From: a bacterium
GTDB lineage: Bacteria; SAR324; NAC60-12
Assembly (NCBI GenBank): GCA_965233585.1
Contig: CBDDTI010000723.1
Coordinates: forward strand, 1 to 39,764
Reading direction: 5' to 3'
Length of the DNA stretch: 39,764 nucleotides
A model generated the notes under the pieces. The model had not been told where the DNA came from. It saw nothing but the letters and a program-made list of their open reading frames with translations, and did no database searches. Positions within the stretch are counted from its first letter, which is position 1, and the number at the start of each line of letters is the position of its first letter. Shown here piece after piece: positions 1-12,225 of the stretch. The position numbers and the translations under genes are program-made.

Positions 1-1
1 C

Positions 2-133
2 ATTATGATCAATGAACTCTTGCAAGCTGCTCCTGCTGTTGTTTTTGGAATCATGCCCGGTATTCTTTTGTGCTATACCTTTTATTTGAAGCACAAACAA
101 AAAAAACAACAGAGTCAAAAACCTACTCAGTAA
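2..133 (+). CDS. 3' end of a probable membrane protein (partial, or a 42-aa peptide from ATG at 5)
   Basis: Open frame IMINELLQAAPAVVFGIMPGILLCYTFYLKHKQKKQQSQKPTQ* ending TAA at 131-133; hydrophobic stretch followed by a basic tail. Confidence 0.45.
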   Translation: MMINELLQAAPAVVFGIMPGILLCYTFYLKHKQKKQQSQKPTQ

Positions 134-431
134 AAAGCCTGTCTGATGGATTGGGGGCAAACATGACAGGGAATGCCCTGCTAAGATGGTAATGTCAAAG
201 CCTTTGTTGATTCTGTCTGAAAATCAAACGAATCTGACAATGACAATGACGATTGTTGTGAGAATTTTAGCGAACTCACCCCGCAGTGATTTGGTGATGA
301 CTGATAGTTTTTTTCTCAATTTTATTGAGAAAAGGTAGGTCTCCACTTTGGGCAAAGGTCTTTCTGATTCCCAAGAAGTTGAGGTTTCCAAACAAGACTC
401 CAATCAGCAGTAGTTTTTTAATGGTTTTCAT
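123..431 (-). pseudogene. Probable degraded TrbC/VirB2-like pilin gene
   Basis: RBS GGAGA then ATG at 431; signal-peptide-like MKTIKKLLLIGVLFG...FAQSGDLPF. After a frameshift in the G-run near 280 it reads GEFAKILTTIVIVIVRFV*FSDRINKGFDITILAG, and after a second shift AFPVMFAPNPSDRLFTE*. This matches the VirB2 two-hydrophobic-helix layout; recognised by eye only. Confidence 0.45.
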
Positions 432-573
432 TTTTGTCTCCATGGATAGATGAAAGTTGCCAAGCCATTGCTTGGCAGTGATTTCATGTAAGTGACAAAA
501 AATGATGAAGCTGGTCACAAAAGCTATTTCCCTGACTTTGCTTTGGGTGTGAATCATATTTTTGTAAAAAATG

Positions 574-602
574 TTGACTTATATTTTCAAGACTATTACC
601 AT
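574..602 (+). promoter_or_regulatory. sigma70-type promoter for katG
   Basis: TTGACT (574-579), 17-bp spacer, TACCAT (597-602), about 45 bp upstream of the katG start. Confidence 0.55.
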
Positions 603-614
603 GAACTACTTTAA

Positions 615-2840
<2,226 letters not shown>

Positions 2841-3092
2841 TCTGAATAAATTGCTTTGTGATTCAAGTCTCAAGGCTTGTGTGTTTGAACATAAACCTTG
2901 GGGCAACGCTTTCTTTCATCAGTTCTTCTTCCTGAATCTGCTTTTAAAAAAGCTGTCAAAAACAAAACACAAGTTCTCCTGATGACTCCTGTGTAAATAA
3001 TTTAAATTATATTTTTATGATAATTTAAACACACTACGACCTCTAAAGAGACGATGCAAAAGCAAAAATCTATTTAAATCAAAGGTTTGGTC

Positions 3093-4085
3093 TCAAGTCT
3101 GCTCTGCAATCTGAACAGCATTTAAGGCAGCACCTTTTAAAATTTGGTCAGCAACTACCCAAAATGCCAACGAATTTGGGTCAACAAGCCCTTCTCTAAT
3201 CCGTCCTACATAAGTATCATAAGAACCCGAGACATCAAGAGGCATCGGATATTCTCCAGATTTTAGCAAATCCTTCACTTGAAGATTTGGCATCTTATCA
3301 AAGGCTTGACGTGCTTCCTCAACCGTCACTTTTTTCTTTGTTTCCACATAGACAGATTCAGAGTGAGACCGTATGACAGGAACACGCACACAAGTTGCAC
3401 TGATTTTAAGGTCTGGCAACTTCATAATTTTGCGGGTTTCTAAAATCATTTTCTTTTCTTCTTTGGTGTAACGATCTTCTTGAAACACATCAATATGAGG
3501 AATAACATTGAACAAAAGCTGAGATTGAAATGCTTGAATCTCAAAGGGTTCATTTTTTGTGTAAGCATGAATTTGATTTAATAATTCATTCATACCCTTT
3601 AATCCTGCACCTGACGCCGCTTGATATGTAGAAACAATCACTTTCTGCAAATGTCCCAGTTGATGGATTGGGTTCAATGCCATCACCATTTGAATAGTGG
3701 AACAATTCGGGTTGGCAATGATTCCTTGATGATTTTTTACTTCTTCTCCATTGACTTCAGGAACAACTAAAGGTACATGTTCTTGCATTCTGAATGCACT
3801 ACTCAAATCTATCACTAACACCCCAGCATCTACAGCCTTAGGAACATACTCCAAGCTGGTGTCCCCTCCAGCGGCAAAAAACGCAAGGTCTGCACCTTGA
3901 AATGAAGAATCACTTAAAGCCTCCACTGGCAGTTGATCTCCACAAAAAGACATTTGCTGACCTGCTGAACGTTCAGATGCAACCAGCTTTAATGATTTAA
4001 GAGGATAGTCTCTTGCCTCCAAGACTTTTACTAATTCTTCTCCAACCGCACCTGTTGCACCTACAATGACTGCGTTGTGTCTCAT
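3093..4085 (-). CDS. asd: Aspartate-semialdehyde dehydrogenase
   Basis: VGATGAVG, IIANPNCST catalytic Cys, STYQAASGAG, ATCVRVPV, KGAALNAVQIAE. Confidence 0.96.
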   Translation of the reverse strand: MRHNAVIVGATGAVGEELVKVLEARDYPLKSLKLVASERSAGQQMSFCGDQLPVEALSDSSFQGADLAFFAAGGDTSLEYVPKAVDAGVLVIDLSSAFRMQEHVPLVVPEVNGEEVKNHQGIIANPNCSTIQMVMALNPIHQLGHLQKVIVSTYQAASGAGLKGMNELLNQIHAYTKNEPFEIQAFQSQLLFNVIPHIDVFQEDRYTKEEKKMILETRKIMKLPDLKISATCVRVPVIRSHSESVYVETKKKVTVEEARQAFDKMPNLQVKDLLKSGEYPMPLDVSGSYDTYVGRIREGLVDPNSLAFWVVADQILKGAALNAVQIAEQT

Positions 4086-4097
4086 ATTGATTTAATT

Positions 4098-4892
4098 TTA
4101 AGATAAAGCATTGACTGCTTTTTGATGCAGATTGACATCAAATGAGGCAATCAAGTTATGTTGTCCTTCTGATAGGCTTAAAGGATTACCTTGCCAATCT
4201 GTGACCTGTCCCCCAAGACGTTCAATCAATGCTAAAGCAGGTGCATAGTCGTAAGGCTTTAAATTCCCCTCAATCACCAAATTTAAACCACCTTGAACAA
4301 GCTGGCAGAAGTTGAAGCAGTCTCCTCCATAACGTCTGTCTGCCACACTTTGGGTGAGATTGAGAAACTTTTTGCGGTCTGGTGAGTCAAACATGTCAAC
4401 GGTTGAACAACCCACAAAAGCATCTTCCAACCTAATTTTTTTATAATAAGGGTTCTGCAAAGGCTTTCCACCAAATAAAGGCAGACCTTCTATGCCAACG
4501 AGGTAACGTTGATTGAGCATTGGCAAATTGATAGCACCCGCAATCGCCATGCCGTCTTTGAGCAATGCAATGAGATTCCCAAAGAGTGGACTTTTTGTCA
4601 CAAAATTTCGTGTGCCATCAATGGGGTCAAGCAACCAGCAGTATTCTAAACCGTCATTCGTGCGTCCGTATTCTTCTCCCCAAATATCGTGCATCGGATA
4701 TTTCTGGGCAATTTTCTCTCGCCAGACTCTTTCAATTTCACGGTCTGCCACCGTTACAGGCGAATTGTCCTGTTTGCGTTCAATTTCAAAAGTTTTTAAA
4801 AAATAGTGTTGTGAAATTTTAGAGGCTTCATCTAAAAGTGCATTCACAAAGGAAAAAGGAAACATCATACCCAAAACATTGAAACTAAACAT
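4098..4892 (-). CDS. hisN: Inositol monophosphatase family protein, probable histidinol-phosphate phosphatase (start may be about 4868)
   Basis: KQDNSPVTVADREIE, GEEYG, WLLDPIDGTRNF, RRYGGDC, LKPYDYAP, GGQVTDWQG. Confidence 0.75.
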   Translation of the reverse strand: MFSFNVLGMMFPFSFVNALLDEASKISQHYFLKTFEIERKQDNSPVTVADREIERVWREKIAQKYPMHDIWGEEYGRTNDGLEYCWLLDPIDGTRNFVTKSPLFGNLIALLKDGMAIAGAINLPMLNQRYLVGIEGLPLFGGKPLQNPYYKKIRLEDAFVGCSTVDMFDSPDRKKFLNLTQSVADRRYGGDCFNFCQLVQGGLNLVIEGNLKPYDYAPALALIERLGGQVTDWQGNPLSLSEGQHNLIASFDVNLHQKAVNALS

Positions 4893-5027
4893 GCAAAAGG
4901 AAGCAAGAATTATATGATGATGGTTGAGTCAATGTCAATCAAATACTGAATTTAGAGATTAACCAAGAGTTTTAGTAGTGGTATATTTATTGCTGTTAGT
5001 TTACAAAATTCTAATATTTCTGATTGT

Positions 5028-6686
5028 ATGTCTGATAATCCAGAATTGGTTGCATTGATTCAAGAAGGGGAGAGGCTGATTCGCTCAAAACTCTATGATA
5101 GAGCCATGGTAGAGCTGAATAAAGCCTTGAATTTGGATAGCAATGAAACCAACCTTGCCTTAGTCAGAGTTTTTGAGGCACTTCAGTCTTCCAATGACTA
5201 TGATAGCATCATTGCCATTGGGTCAAACATGCTCATTCACAGACCTGAAAACACCTCGCTTGCTAACCTGCTTGGCAACTCTTACCGTCGTATTGGTAAT
5301 TTCTATCAGGCTGAAAAGCTGTATGAACATTGTCTGAAGTACGACCCGCATCATACAAACGCACTTTATAATCTTGCCGCAACCAAAGCCCATACTTCCC
5401 TCTACGATTCTAATGCTGTCAACGCTGCCCGCTCTTTTGAAAAAATGGATTGGTTTCAGTTGCCAAAAAAAGAAGATTCTACCAGCTTCCTTGCTTCCAT
5501 AGATGAGTCTGTTGGTCTTGCAATGCAAGCTCAAGAAGAAGGCACTGAATCTGCAGAACTTGACCCCAGCCATCTTGCACCAGACGACCCTGCTGATAAA
5601 AAAAACTCTAAAAATATCATGATCAACACAAGGTCTATTTTTCATTGGCTTCGGCAAAACAAGGACATGCAAGACGCTGATTCACTAGAAACTTTAAGAC
5701 ACCTTGCCATTTATTGTTTGCACGAAAAACAGACCGAAATTGCATGGAGAAGCCTTGCTTACCTGAAACACGCTTATCCTGATGACCAAGATTTAGAAAG
5801 TTTCTGGGCATTGTCTTATTTTTTAAGAGAGCTGTTTTATGTTTGTGAGGATAAACTTTTGCGTTTATTAGGAGCTAATAAATACCATCGTTACGCCAAT
5901 GTGAATCTAAGCATTTTTTACAAAATGCAAGGAAAGCAAACGCTTGCAAGAAAATACAGCATTCTTGCTCATACACTATTGGAACGTTCCATGGGACATT
6001 ATCAGATAGATGAGTTCATTGCTTTGGGTGAACGTTACAAAAAGCAAGGTTCATTTGCCAATGCTGTGAAAGTTTTTGAGGTCGTTTATCAAGAAATGCC
6101 AACATGGCAATACGGTAGAATTTTGGCAGAGCTTTATCTGGAGGCTAAAGTTTATGACAAAGCTATTAGGACGTTCCGTGAGCTGATGGATTTAGAAAAT
6201 GTCCCTGACAATTTAGAAAACGAATTCCATGAAATCAATATCAGAATTTTAGATGTTGCAGAAGGGTTGATCCATGACCAAAAATTAAGACGTGCTGCTG
6301 AACTGTTTGACCTCAGTGCTGAAATTGAATTGACCAAACCAGCCTTACAGAAAGCACTCAATGCTTACAATGCACTGCATGACAAAGAAAATATTGACCG
6401 CATCTACAAACAACTCCAAGATATAGAAAAACGAGAAAAAGCTAGAGAAGATGAAAAAATTCGCAGAGAGAAAATCTCAAAAGCTCAAGAGATGATTGAA
6501 AATAATCAATTCTACCCTGCCATCAAACTGCTTGAAAGTATTTTGTTCGTGAAACCAGACCGAGCAGTGTTAGACCAACTGACCATGCTTTACAAACGTA
6601 CCAAACAAGACCACATGATTGCAGATGCTCAGAAACGTTTTGACAAGCTAGTAGAACAGAGCAAACCTCAGGATGTCATGGTATGA
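5028..6686 (+). CDS. Tetratricopeptide-repeat protein
   Basis: TPR patterns (NLLGNSYRRIGNFYQAEKLYEHCLKYDPHHTNALYNLA, LAELYLEAKVYDKAIRTFRELM); ATGA overlap with the next gene. Confidence 0.8.
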   Translation: MSDNPELVALIQEGERLIRSKLYDRAMVELNKALNLDSNETNLALVRVFEALQSSNDYDSIIAIGSNMLIHRPENTSLANLLGNSYRRIGNFYQAEKLYEHCLKYDPHHTNALYNLAATKAHTSLYDSNAVNAARSFEKMDWFQLPKKEDSTSFLASIDESVGLAMQAQEEGTESAELDPSHLAPDDPADKKNSKNIMINTRSIFHWLRQNKDMQDADSLETLRHLAIYCLHEKQTEIAWRSLAYLKHAYPDDQDLESFWALSYFLRELFYVCEDKLLRLLGANKYHRYANVNLSIFYKMQGKQTLARKYSILAHTLLERSMGHYQIDEFIALGERYKKQGSFANAVKVFEVVYQEMPTWQYGRILAELYLEAKVYDKAIRTFRELMDLENVPDNLENEFHEINIRILDVAEGLIHDQKLRRAAELFDLSAEIELTKPALQKALNAYNALHDKENIDRIYKQLQDIEKREKAREDEKIRREKISKAQEMIENNQFYPAIKLLESILFVKPDRAVLDQLTMLYKRTKQDHMIADAQKRFDKLVEQSKPQDVMV

Positions 6687-9022
6687 ATGAACTTTTACCA
6701 AAAATTTTTGTTGAATACTACCTTGCAGGAGGAAACCAAGCTAGTTTTGAAAGGCTCAAGCAGGACTTTCAAAGTATGTCCACAGGTGTCTTGGAACGTG
6801 CATTTTACGCAGGAAAGTTTAAAAATCTTGGTTTAGAACCAATCAGCCTCATTCAGTCATGTCGTGAAATTATCTCGCTTTTGCCACAAACCCCACCTGA
6901 ATTTGCCACACTTTTAGAAAAATTTGAACCACTTTCTGCCAAAGTTCAATCCCAAATCCAAAACAACCTGAAACTTCATGAGTTCCACTATCAGCCTTTT
7001 GCCAGTATCATTTTGGAAAAAAATTGCTCTCAAAGTTCATTCATTCAAGCAGTTCAGCAAATTGACATTGATTTTTGGAGGAGTTTATTGCAGCAGCTGC
7101 AATCTCAATCCATTTATGACCGTTTTTATGCATCCACGCTAGAAACCTTTTTAAAATTGACAGAAGAACTTTTAAACCTCTTTTCAGAGAAAAATCCTCA
7201 AAAAAACAAAATAATACAAGGGCATCAACGTTCTATTCGTTATCTACAACGTCTGCGTCAAAGAGGAGAAGTGATGAAAGAAGTTGGTGAATTACTGCAG
7301 AAACGTATCATTGGCATCTATTCTTACAGAGAGCTGATGACAAAAAATTCTTTGGAGTTTGAAAAACTCTTGCCCAGTTTGATACGCACAGGAGATTTTG
7401 ATTTTTTGCATGAAAAAAAATTTTTAACGCTTGAAGAGTGGAAGCATTTGCGAGCAAGAGACGCCCAAACCATTCACGAGGATTTAAAGCATCGGATTGG
7501 ATTATTGATAGGGATCAAGCATAGCTTTGAAAATGGCGAGATTCCACCAACCGAAGTAGCCTCTTTCATTTTACAAGTGATTCAAACCCCAAAAAATGAA
7601 CAATTAAAAAAGATCACTCACCCTAAACCAGTCGCGTCACAGCAATTTCGGCAGAAGGTCAAACAACGGCTAGAGCAACAACAAACGAAAGAACCAGCCA
7701 CCAAAGAAGAACAAACAGAAACAAGGCAAGAGGAAGACCCAAACACGAAAGCAACCCCCGAACACTCAGAAGACTCCAAAAAACAGACAAAAATCCCCCA
7801 AAAGTACCTCAAGGCAATACAGGATTTATTAAATCCCATTCGCGAAGGAATCCGCAGACGAAAAGAAATACAAACGACAGGTCAAGCCGCTCTTGATGAA
7901 TTAAATACCAATGCAGTTGCTTTTGAAACGTCTTTAACCATTGCAGAAAAACACATGGAAGACGTCATGCTTTTGTTCCATGACCGCAAGCAGTTTCAAA
8001 AAGAACTGACCATCTTGAAAAAAGAAGCATTAGGGCATGTCCAAGGAGACACACAAATTTTTGCGTTGGAACATACTTTGATTGCCTATGAAACACCCTA
8101 CAAAATCCTGCCTGAAGAACTGGAACATGTGCAAAGCCCTGACACAATTTTTTTAGAAAAAGATGCTTGGGTTACTTATATTGTTCATAAATATAAATTA
8201 ATCCATGAAGCCTATCGTTCAGATTGCAATAAGTCCCGACTAGAAGCCCTCAACCTACCCCAAAAAAATGCCATACTGATTTTTGTCATGGGGCAAATTT
8301 TGAACGCCTCCCCTTTGTTTTTTGACGAGGCAGATTTGTTGCTCTTTGAAGAAAAATTACCAAAAAAGACTCCTCAAAGCATCAAAAATACAAAAAATGT
8401 TTGTCTCCTTTTGTTTCAATGTGGCTTCTCTGCAGAGTTGATCAAATTGCTCATTCTTTCAGAGATTTGGTCTCTTGATGAACAGACACAGCAACAGGTT
8501 GTAGAAAGGCTCAAGGCTGTCTTTTCCCAACGATACAGCAAAGCCGCAAACTTGCCAGAACTAGAACAGCTCAATCCTGAATCTCTCCGAGAACAAGTGC
8601 AATCTATCTCTAAAGATTTGCTTGAAAACATTGATGAACACGGAGTCACGATTCATACAAAGATTTCTCAAATTGCAAATCATCAAGGGGGTAACTTTAT
8701 TAAAGATATTCTACCTTACGAATGGTCTTACTTTAAAAAATCCTTGCTGGTTACAGGTTACCTACTACGTTTTAAAGGTATTTTAGATGCTGTCTTAGAA
8801 ATAGAAAATCTTCTGGCAAGGCGTCGTCAGTCTGAAGAATCTCACACCTCCCTTTCTGCTGCCTGCAAAAGGAAAATCCTCTCTATTGCCAAACTCTCCG
8901 ATTGTGACCAACGACTTGAATTAATGCTTGATGCTTCTTCAAATTATTTTGACTCTAATGGTGAATTTTTTAGAGAAGGCACGGACTTATATCATCAAAA
9001 TACTGGATTTATCTTTCAGTAA
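6683..9022 (+). CDS. Hypothetical alpha-helical protein, 779 aa
   Basis: Long ORF translationally coupled to the TPR gene; central charged low-complexity linker; no motif recognised. Confidence 0.75.
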   Translation: MNELLPKIFVEYYLAGGNQASFERLKQDFQSMSTGVLERAFYAGKFKNLGLEPISLIQSCREIISLLPQTPPEFATLLEKFEPLSAKVQSQIQNNLKLHEFHYQPFASIILEKNCSQSSFIQAVQQIDIDFWRSLLQQLQSQSIYDRFYASTLETFLKLTEELLNLFSEKNPQKNKIIQGHQRSIRYLQRLRQRGEVMKEVGELLQKRIIGIYSYRELMTKNSLEFEKLLPSLIRTGDFDFLHEKKFLTLEEWKHLRARDAQTIHEDLKHRIGLLIGIKHSFENGEIPPTEVASFILQVIQTPKNEQLKKITHPKPVASQQFRQKVKQRLEQQQTKEPATKEEQTETRQEEDPNTKATPEHSEDSKKQTKIPQKYLKAIQDLLNPIREGIRRRKEIQTTGQAALDELNTNAVAFETSLTIAEKHMEDVMLLFHDRKQFQKELTILKKEALGHVQGDTQIFALEHTLIAYETPYKILPEELEHVQSPDTIFLEKDAWVTYIVHKYKLIHEAYRSDCNKSRLEALNLPQKNAILIFVMGQILNASPLFFDEADLLLFEEKLPKKTPQSIKNTKNVCLLLFQCGFSAELIKLLILSEIWSLDEQTQQQVVERLKAVFSQRYSKAANLPELEQLNPESLREQVQSISKDLLENIDEHGVTIHTKISQIANHQGGNFIKDILPYEWSYFKKSLLVTGYLLRFKGILDAVLEIENLLARRRQSEESHTSLSAACKRKILSIAKLSDCDQRLELMLDASSNYFDSNGEFFREGTDLYHQNTGFIFQ

Positions 9023-9110
9023 TTTGAGTGTCTCTCATCTTCAAATTTCTATAAAAAACGGATTTAAAAGATTTGAGAGAAATGCTTTTTGCAAATCTTG
9101 AAGTTCAGCA

Positions 9111-9905
9111 CTATTGACGTTTAGATTGTAGTTTTTCTACAATCCAAAGTCTGAATTTAAGTGGAAGGAAATTTCTGGGTAGGACAAGCAATTTGAGGGC
9201 TTTGCCCGGTATAATAATCATCTTTTTGTTTTGAAGTGCATGATAAGCAGACTCTGCAATAAAAGTTGCAGAACAAGTCAGCTTTTGGTCAAAAAGATAT
9301 GAGTCCTGCATTTTTGCTGTTCGTTGAAATTGAGTTTTGACAGGTCCCGGACAAACAATAGAAACAGTCAGGTCGTTTCTAAATTCCCACAAACAGGCAA
9401 GAGACCATGAAATCAAATACGCTTTAGAGGCGTAATAAACAGCCATCAAAGGACCTGCTGTTAAACCAGCGGCAGATGCAATATTCAAAAGTTGCCCTTT
9501 AGAAAGATTTTGTTGTTTGAGTTGCTTGATAAACCGTTTAGTCATCAAGGTTGGTGCAATGACATTGAGCTGTATCAACTCAAGTTCATCTTCCCAGAGT
9601 GTTTGGTCAAACGTCCCAAACACCCCAACTCCTGCATTGTTGACAAGTGTTTCAACAACGATGTTCTGTTGATGCAATGTCTGCCATAATTCTTCAATTT
9701 GCTGGGTTTTGGTGAAGTCGCACTGAAAACAAAGGACTTGAATGTCAAACTGGGATTTAAGTTGCCCAGCTAGTTCTTCAAGCAAAGACAAACGTCTTGA
9801 AGTGAGGATTAGATGATGTCCTTTTTTGGCAAAAACTTTAGCTAGTTCTAACCCAATTCCGCTAGATGCACCCGTAATAAGAACGTAAGTTGGTCTCTCG
9901 TTCAC
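9111..9905 (-). CDS. Short-chain dehydrogenase/reductase
   Basis: LITGASSGIG, LVNNAG, YYASK catalytic YxxxK, CPGPVKT; probable GTG start at 9905 (ORF track starts at 9944). Confidence 0.92.
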   Translation of the reverse strand: MNERPTYVLITGASSGIGLELAKVFAKKGHHLILTSRRLSLLEELAGQLKSQFDIQVLCFQCDFTKTQQIEELWQTLHQQNIVVETLVNNAGVGVFGTFDQTLWEDELELIQLNVIAPTLMTKRFIKQLKQQNLSKGQLLNIASAAGLTAGPLMAVYYASKAYLISWSLACLWEFRNDLTVSIVCPGPVKTQFQRTAKMQDSYLFDQKLTCSATFIAESAYHALQNKKMIIIPGKALKLLVLPRNFLPLKFRLWIVEKLQSKRQ

Positions 9906-9907
9906 AG

Positions 9908-11431
9908 CTACTTGACAAGGTGAAAGGTTTTTAATTTGTCGCACGTATATTCTTCACGGTCTTGGTGAATACGGTTGACATTTTCTTTTGCTAATTTGTA
10001 TGCACGAAACTCTCTGGAATTTGGAGAGAGTTTGCCGTCTCTGTCATAATTCAGGATAAAGTTCATATACTGCATAGCTTGCTTTTGGTCTTTGAAGTAA
10101 ACCCATGCTGTGTAAAGTAGTGATGCAGAACGTAAACTGACTTCAGGTTCAAGCCTTGTAAAAACAGGCACAAGCGTTTTCAATGCTTCTTTCAGCTTGG
10201 CGTGTGCTTCTTCTCTCCTGCCCTCATTCATCAGCAATTCAGACTGAATCATCAAAAAGGAAGTGACTTTGCGTGTGTAGCCGATGTTTTCAGGATCTAA
10301 TCTTAACAAAGCGTCATACGTTTCAATCCCCAAATCATAGCTTAACAATGCTTGTTCCATCGTACGTTCTTCCCCAAACATTTCTCCTGCTTTCTCACAT
10401 TTTTCTTTTCTTGCTTTTTCGTCCACCTTCCACTCTTTCAAGAACGCAACTAGGTCAAAAGAAAGCTTTTCAGAATGTTCGCTAATGAAAAAATGAAGGT
10501 CATTAGAAGTGTAGTAACATTTTGGACAAACAATGTTTTGAATCAAATTATAGTCGCAAGGGTCATATCCTTGCGTGGGTTTGTCATACTTAGGAATGCC
10601 AAAGATATTGGGTTTCACCGTGACGCTTTTGGAACGTAACGACCAAAACGGGATATTTTTTTCACCACAAATGCAAGTGACATTACGAGCCATCAATGAC
10701 TTATTAGATGCTGTCAATTTGGGAGAGGCTTCTTGGGCGCGTGCATAACGATTGGGATAAATGATTTGTAAAATACCATGATAATCCCGCACGACTTGAG
10801 AAAACCCTGCATTGATGATAAAGACTTTTTCCATGGTGCGGCTAGGACGAGACCAAGTGACTGTGCCAAAAATTTTTTCATAAGGCGAGGGGTCTTTTGC
10901 TTCTTCCACTCCATAAAATTGCATGGTCACTCTTGTTTTGGGCAAGATGGCATGTTTGAACCTGAAGCAACAATTATTTTCTGTCAAATCAACAACTTGG
11001 GTGTGCATGATATGCCTGCCAATTTCCACATGAACATTCGGCAGTTGTGCATCTAGCGTTTTACGTGCTGTGTCAATGACTTTTTCAATTACAGCAGGGG
11101 GAAATTTAACCGACAACCCCAGTGTTTTAAAAAATTTGACTTCAGAAGGAGACAACTTGCCATCACTGATAGAAAGTCTTGCCAGCTGTTTTAAAATGGC
11201 AAAAGCAATTTTTTGATCTACTTTCACTCTAGGTTGTGTCAATGTTTTTTGCCGAGCAGCACTGATCATTTCATTGATTTCTCCTTCTGAGGCAAGCATT
11301 CCAACAACCGCTTTTAAATGCTCAAGCTCTGTGTTGTCCACCGTCCCATCGGCATAAACCATTCCAATCATTGCATGTGCAAACCATTTCTTTTCATCTG
11401 ATGACATAGCGTCAATGAATTCTAAATTCAT
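9908..11431 (-). CDS. TerB-like + PilZ-like + DUF2225-like (Zn finger/TPR) fusion protein
   Basis: ADGTVDNTE and SDGKLSPSE TerB motifs; VVDLTENNCCF...GTVTWSR PilZ-like strands; TCIC...VCPKCYY and ERTMEQALLSYDLG resembling DUF2225. Confidence 0.7.
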   Translation of the reverse strand: MNLEFIDAMSSDEKKWFAHAMIGMVYADGTVDNTELEHLKAVVGMLASEGEINEMISAARQKTLTQPRVKVDQKIAFAILKQLARLSISDGKLSPSEVKFFKTLGLSVKFPPAVIEKVIDTARKTLDAQLPNVHVEIGRHIMHTQVVDLTENNCCFRFKHAILPKTRVTMQFYGVEEAKDPSPYEKIFGTVTWSRPSRTMEKVFIINAGFSQVVRDYHGILQIIYPNRYARAQEASPKLTASNKSLMARNVTCICGEKNIPFWSLRSKSVTVKPNIFGIPKYDKPTQGYDPCDYNLIQNIVCPKCYYTSNDLHFFISEHSEKLSFDLVAFLKEWKVDEKARKEKCEKAGEMFGEERTMEQALLSYDLGIETYDALLRLDPENIGYTRKVTSFLMIQSELLMNEGRREEAHAKLKEALKTLVPVFTRLEPEVSLRSASLLYTAWVYFKDQKQAMQYMNFILNYDRDGKLSPNSREFRAYKLAKENVNRIHQDREEYTCDKLKTFHLVK

Positions 11432-11601
11432 GGCGTGTTTAGTATTTTTGTGAGATATGTTTGAAAATTGTTATTCTTTGTCAAAACAAGAGAAAACACA
11501 ATCTTTGTGTCAATGGATTTCAATAACATATGAAAGTGTGGTACATTGGTTCGGTTAGAGTGAATGTGTTATTTGACTTGTTGCAAATGGAGTGATTGCT
11601 A

Positions 11602-12198
11602 ATGTTGCGTTTATGTTTTGATGTTGATGGTGTCATTTTAGATTTTCATAGTGCTTATGTGAAGGAGGCAGAGCATTTGGGTGTGAAGGTACCCCAAACT
11701 CTTCAACGACCTCTTTATTTAGATGAGGCATTAACTGATGAACAACGTTCTCAAATCTGGGAAAGTCTTGTCAATAGTCGGCGATTTGAAACACTAGAGC
11801 CTCTGGTTGATGCCCAAACCTTCAATCAAACCTTTGTCAAAACTGCTGTTCACTTCATCACCAATATTCCTGAATCTATCAAGCCCAGACGCCTTGTCAA
11901 TTTGCAAAATTTGGGTTTTCAATTTGAATCATTGCATTGTGCAGGATTCATCAAATTTCCTGAAGACAATACCCCACCTAAATCCAAGATGATTCAACAA
12001 ATCTGTCAACCTGAAGACCGCATCATCTTCGTTGACGATTACATTGAAAACTGCCTTGATGTTTCTCGTGCCTTCCGTGATGCCCATGTCATGTTATTCA
12101 GTACTCCGTTCAACCAAGACATCTTAACACAAGATGGCATTGAACGCATAGAAAGCTGGGAGCATTTCTTTGAAAGATTTGAAGACATCATTTCTTGA
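11602..12198 (+). CDS. HAD-superfamily hydrolase, 5'(3')-nucleotidase-like
   Basis: FDVDGV motif I, FITN, IFVDDYIEN motif IV, PFNQ...RIESW tail. Confidence 0.8.
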   Translation: MLRLCFDVDGVILDFHSAYVKEAEHLGVKVPQTLQRPLYLDEALTDEQRSQIWESLVNSRRFETLEPLVDAQTFNQTFVKTAVHFITNIPESIKPRRLVNLQNLGFQFESLHCAGFIKFPEDNTPPKSKMIQQICQPEDRIIFVDDYIENCLDVSRAFRDAHVMLFSTPFNQDILTQDGIERIESWEHFFERFEDIIS

Positions 12199-12225
12199 GT
12201 CATTCAAATCTCAAAAAGATACTGA

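Noticed and set aside
276..557. 93-aa ORF as an intact gene
   Set aside because: The RBS supports a start at 431, not 557, and the coding signal seems to continue past the stop in another frame; treated as a pseudogene instead.
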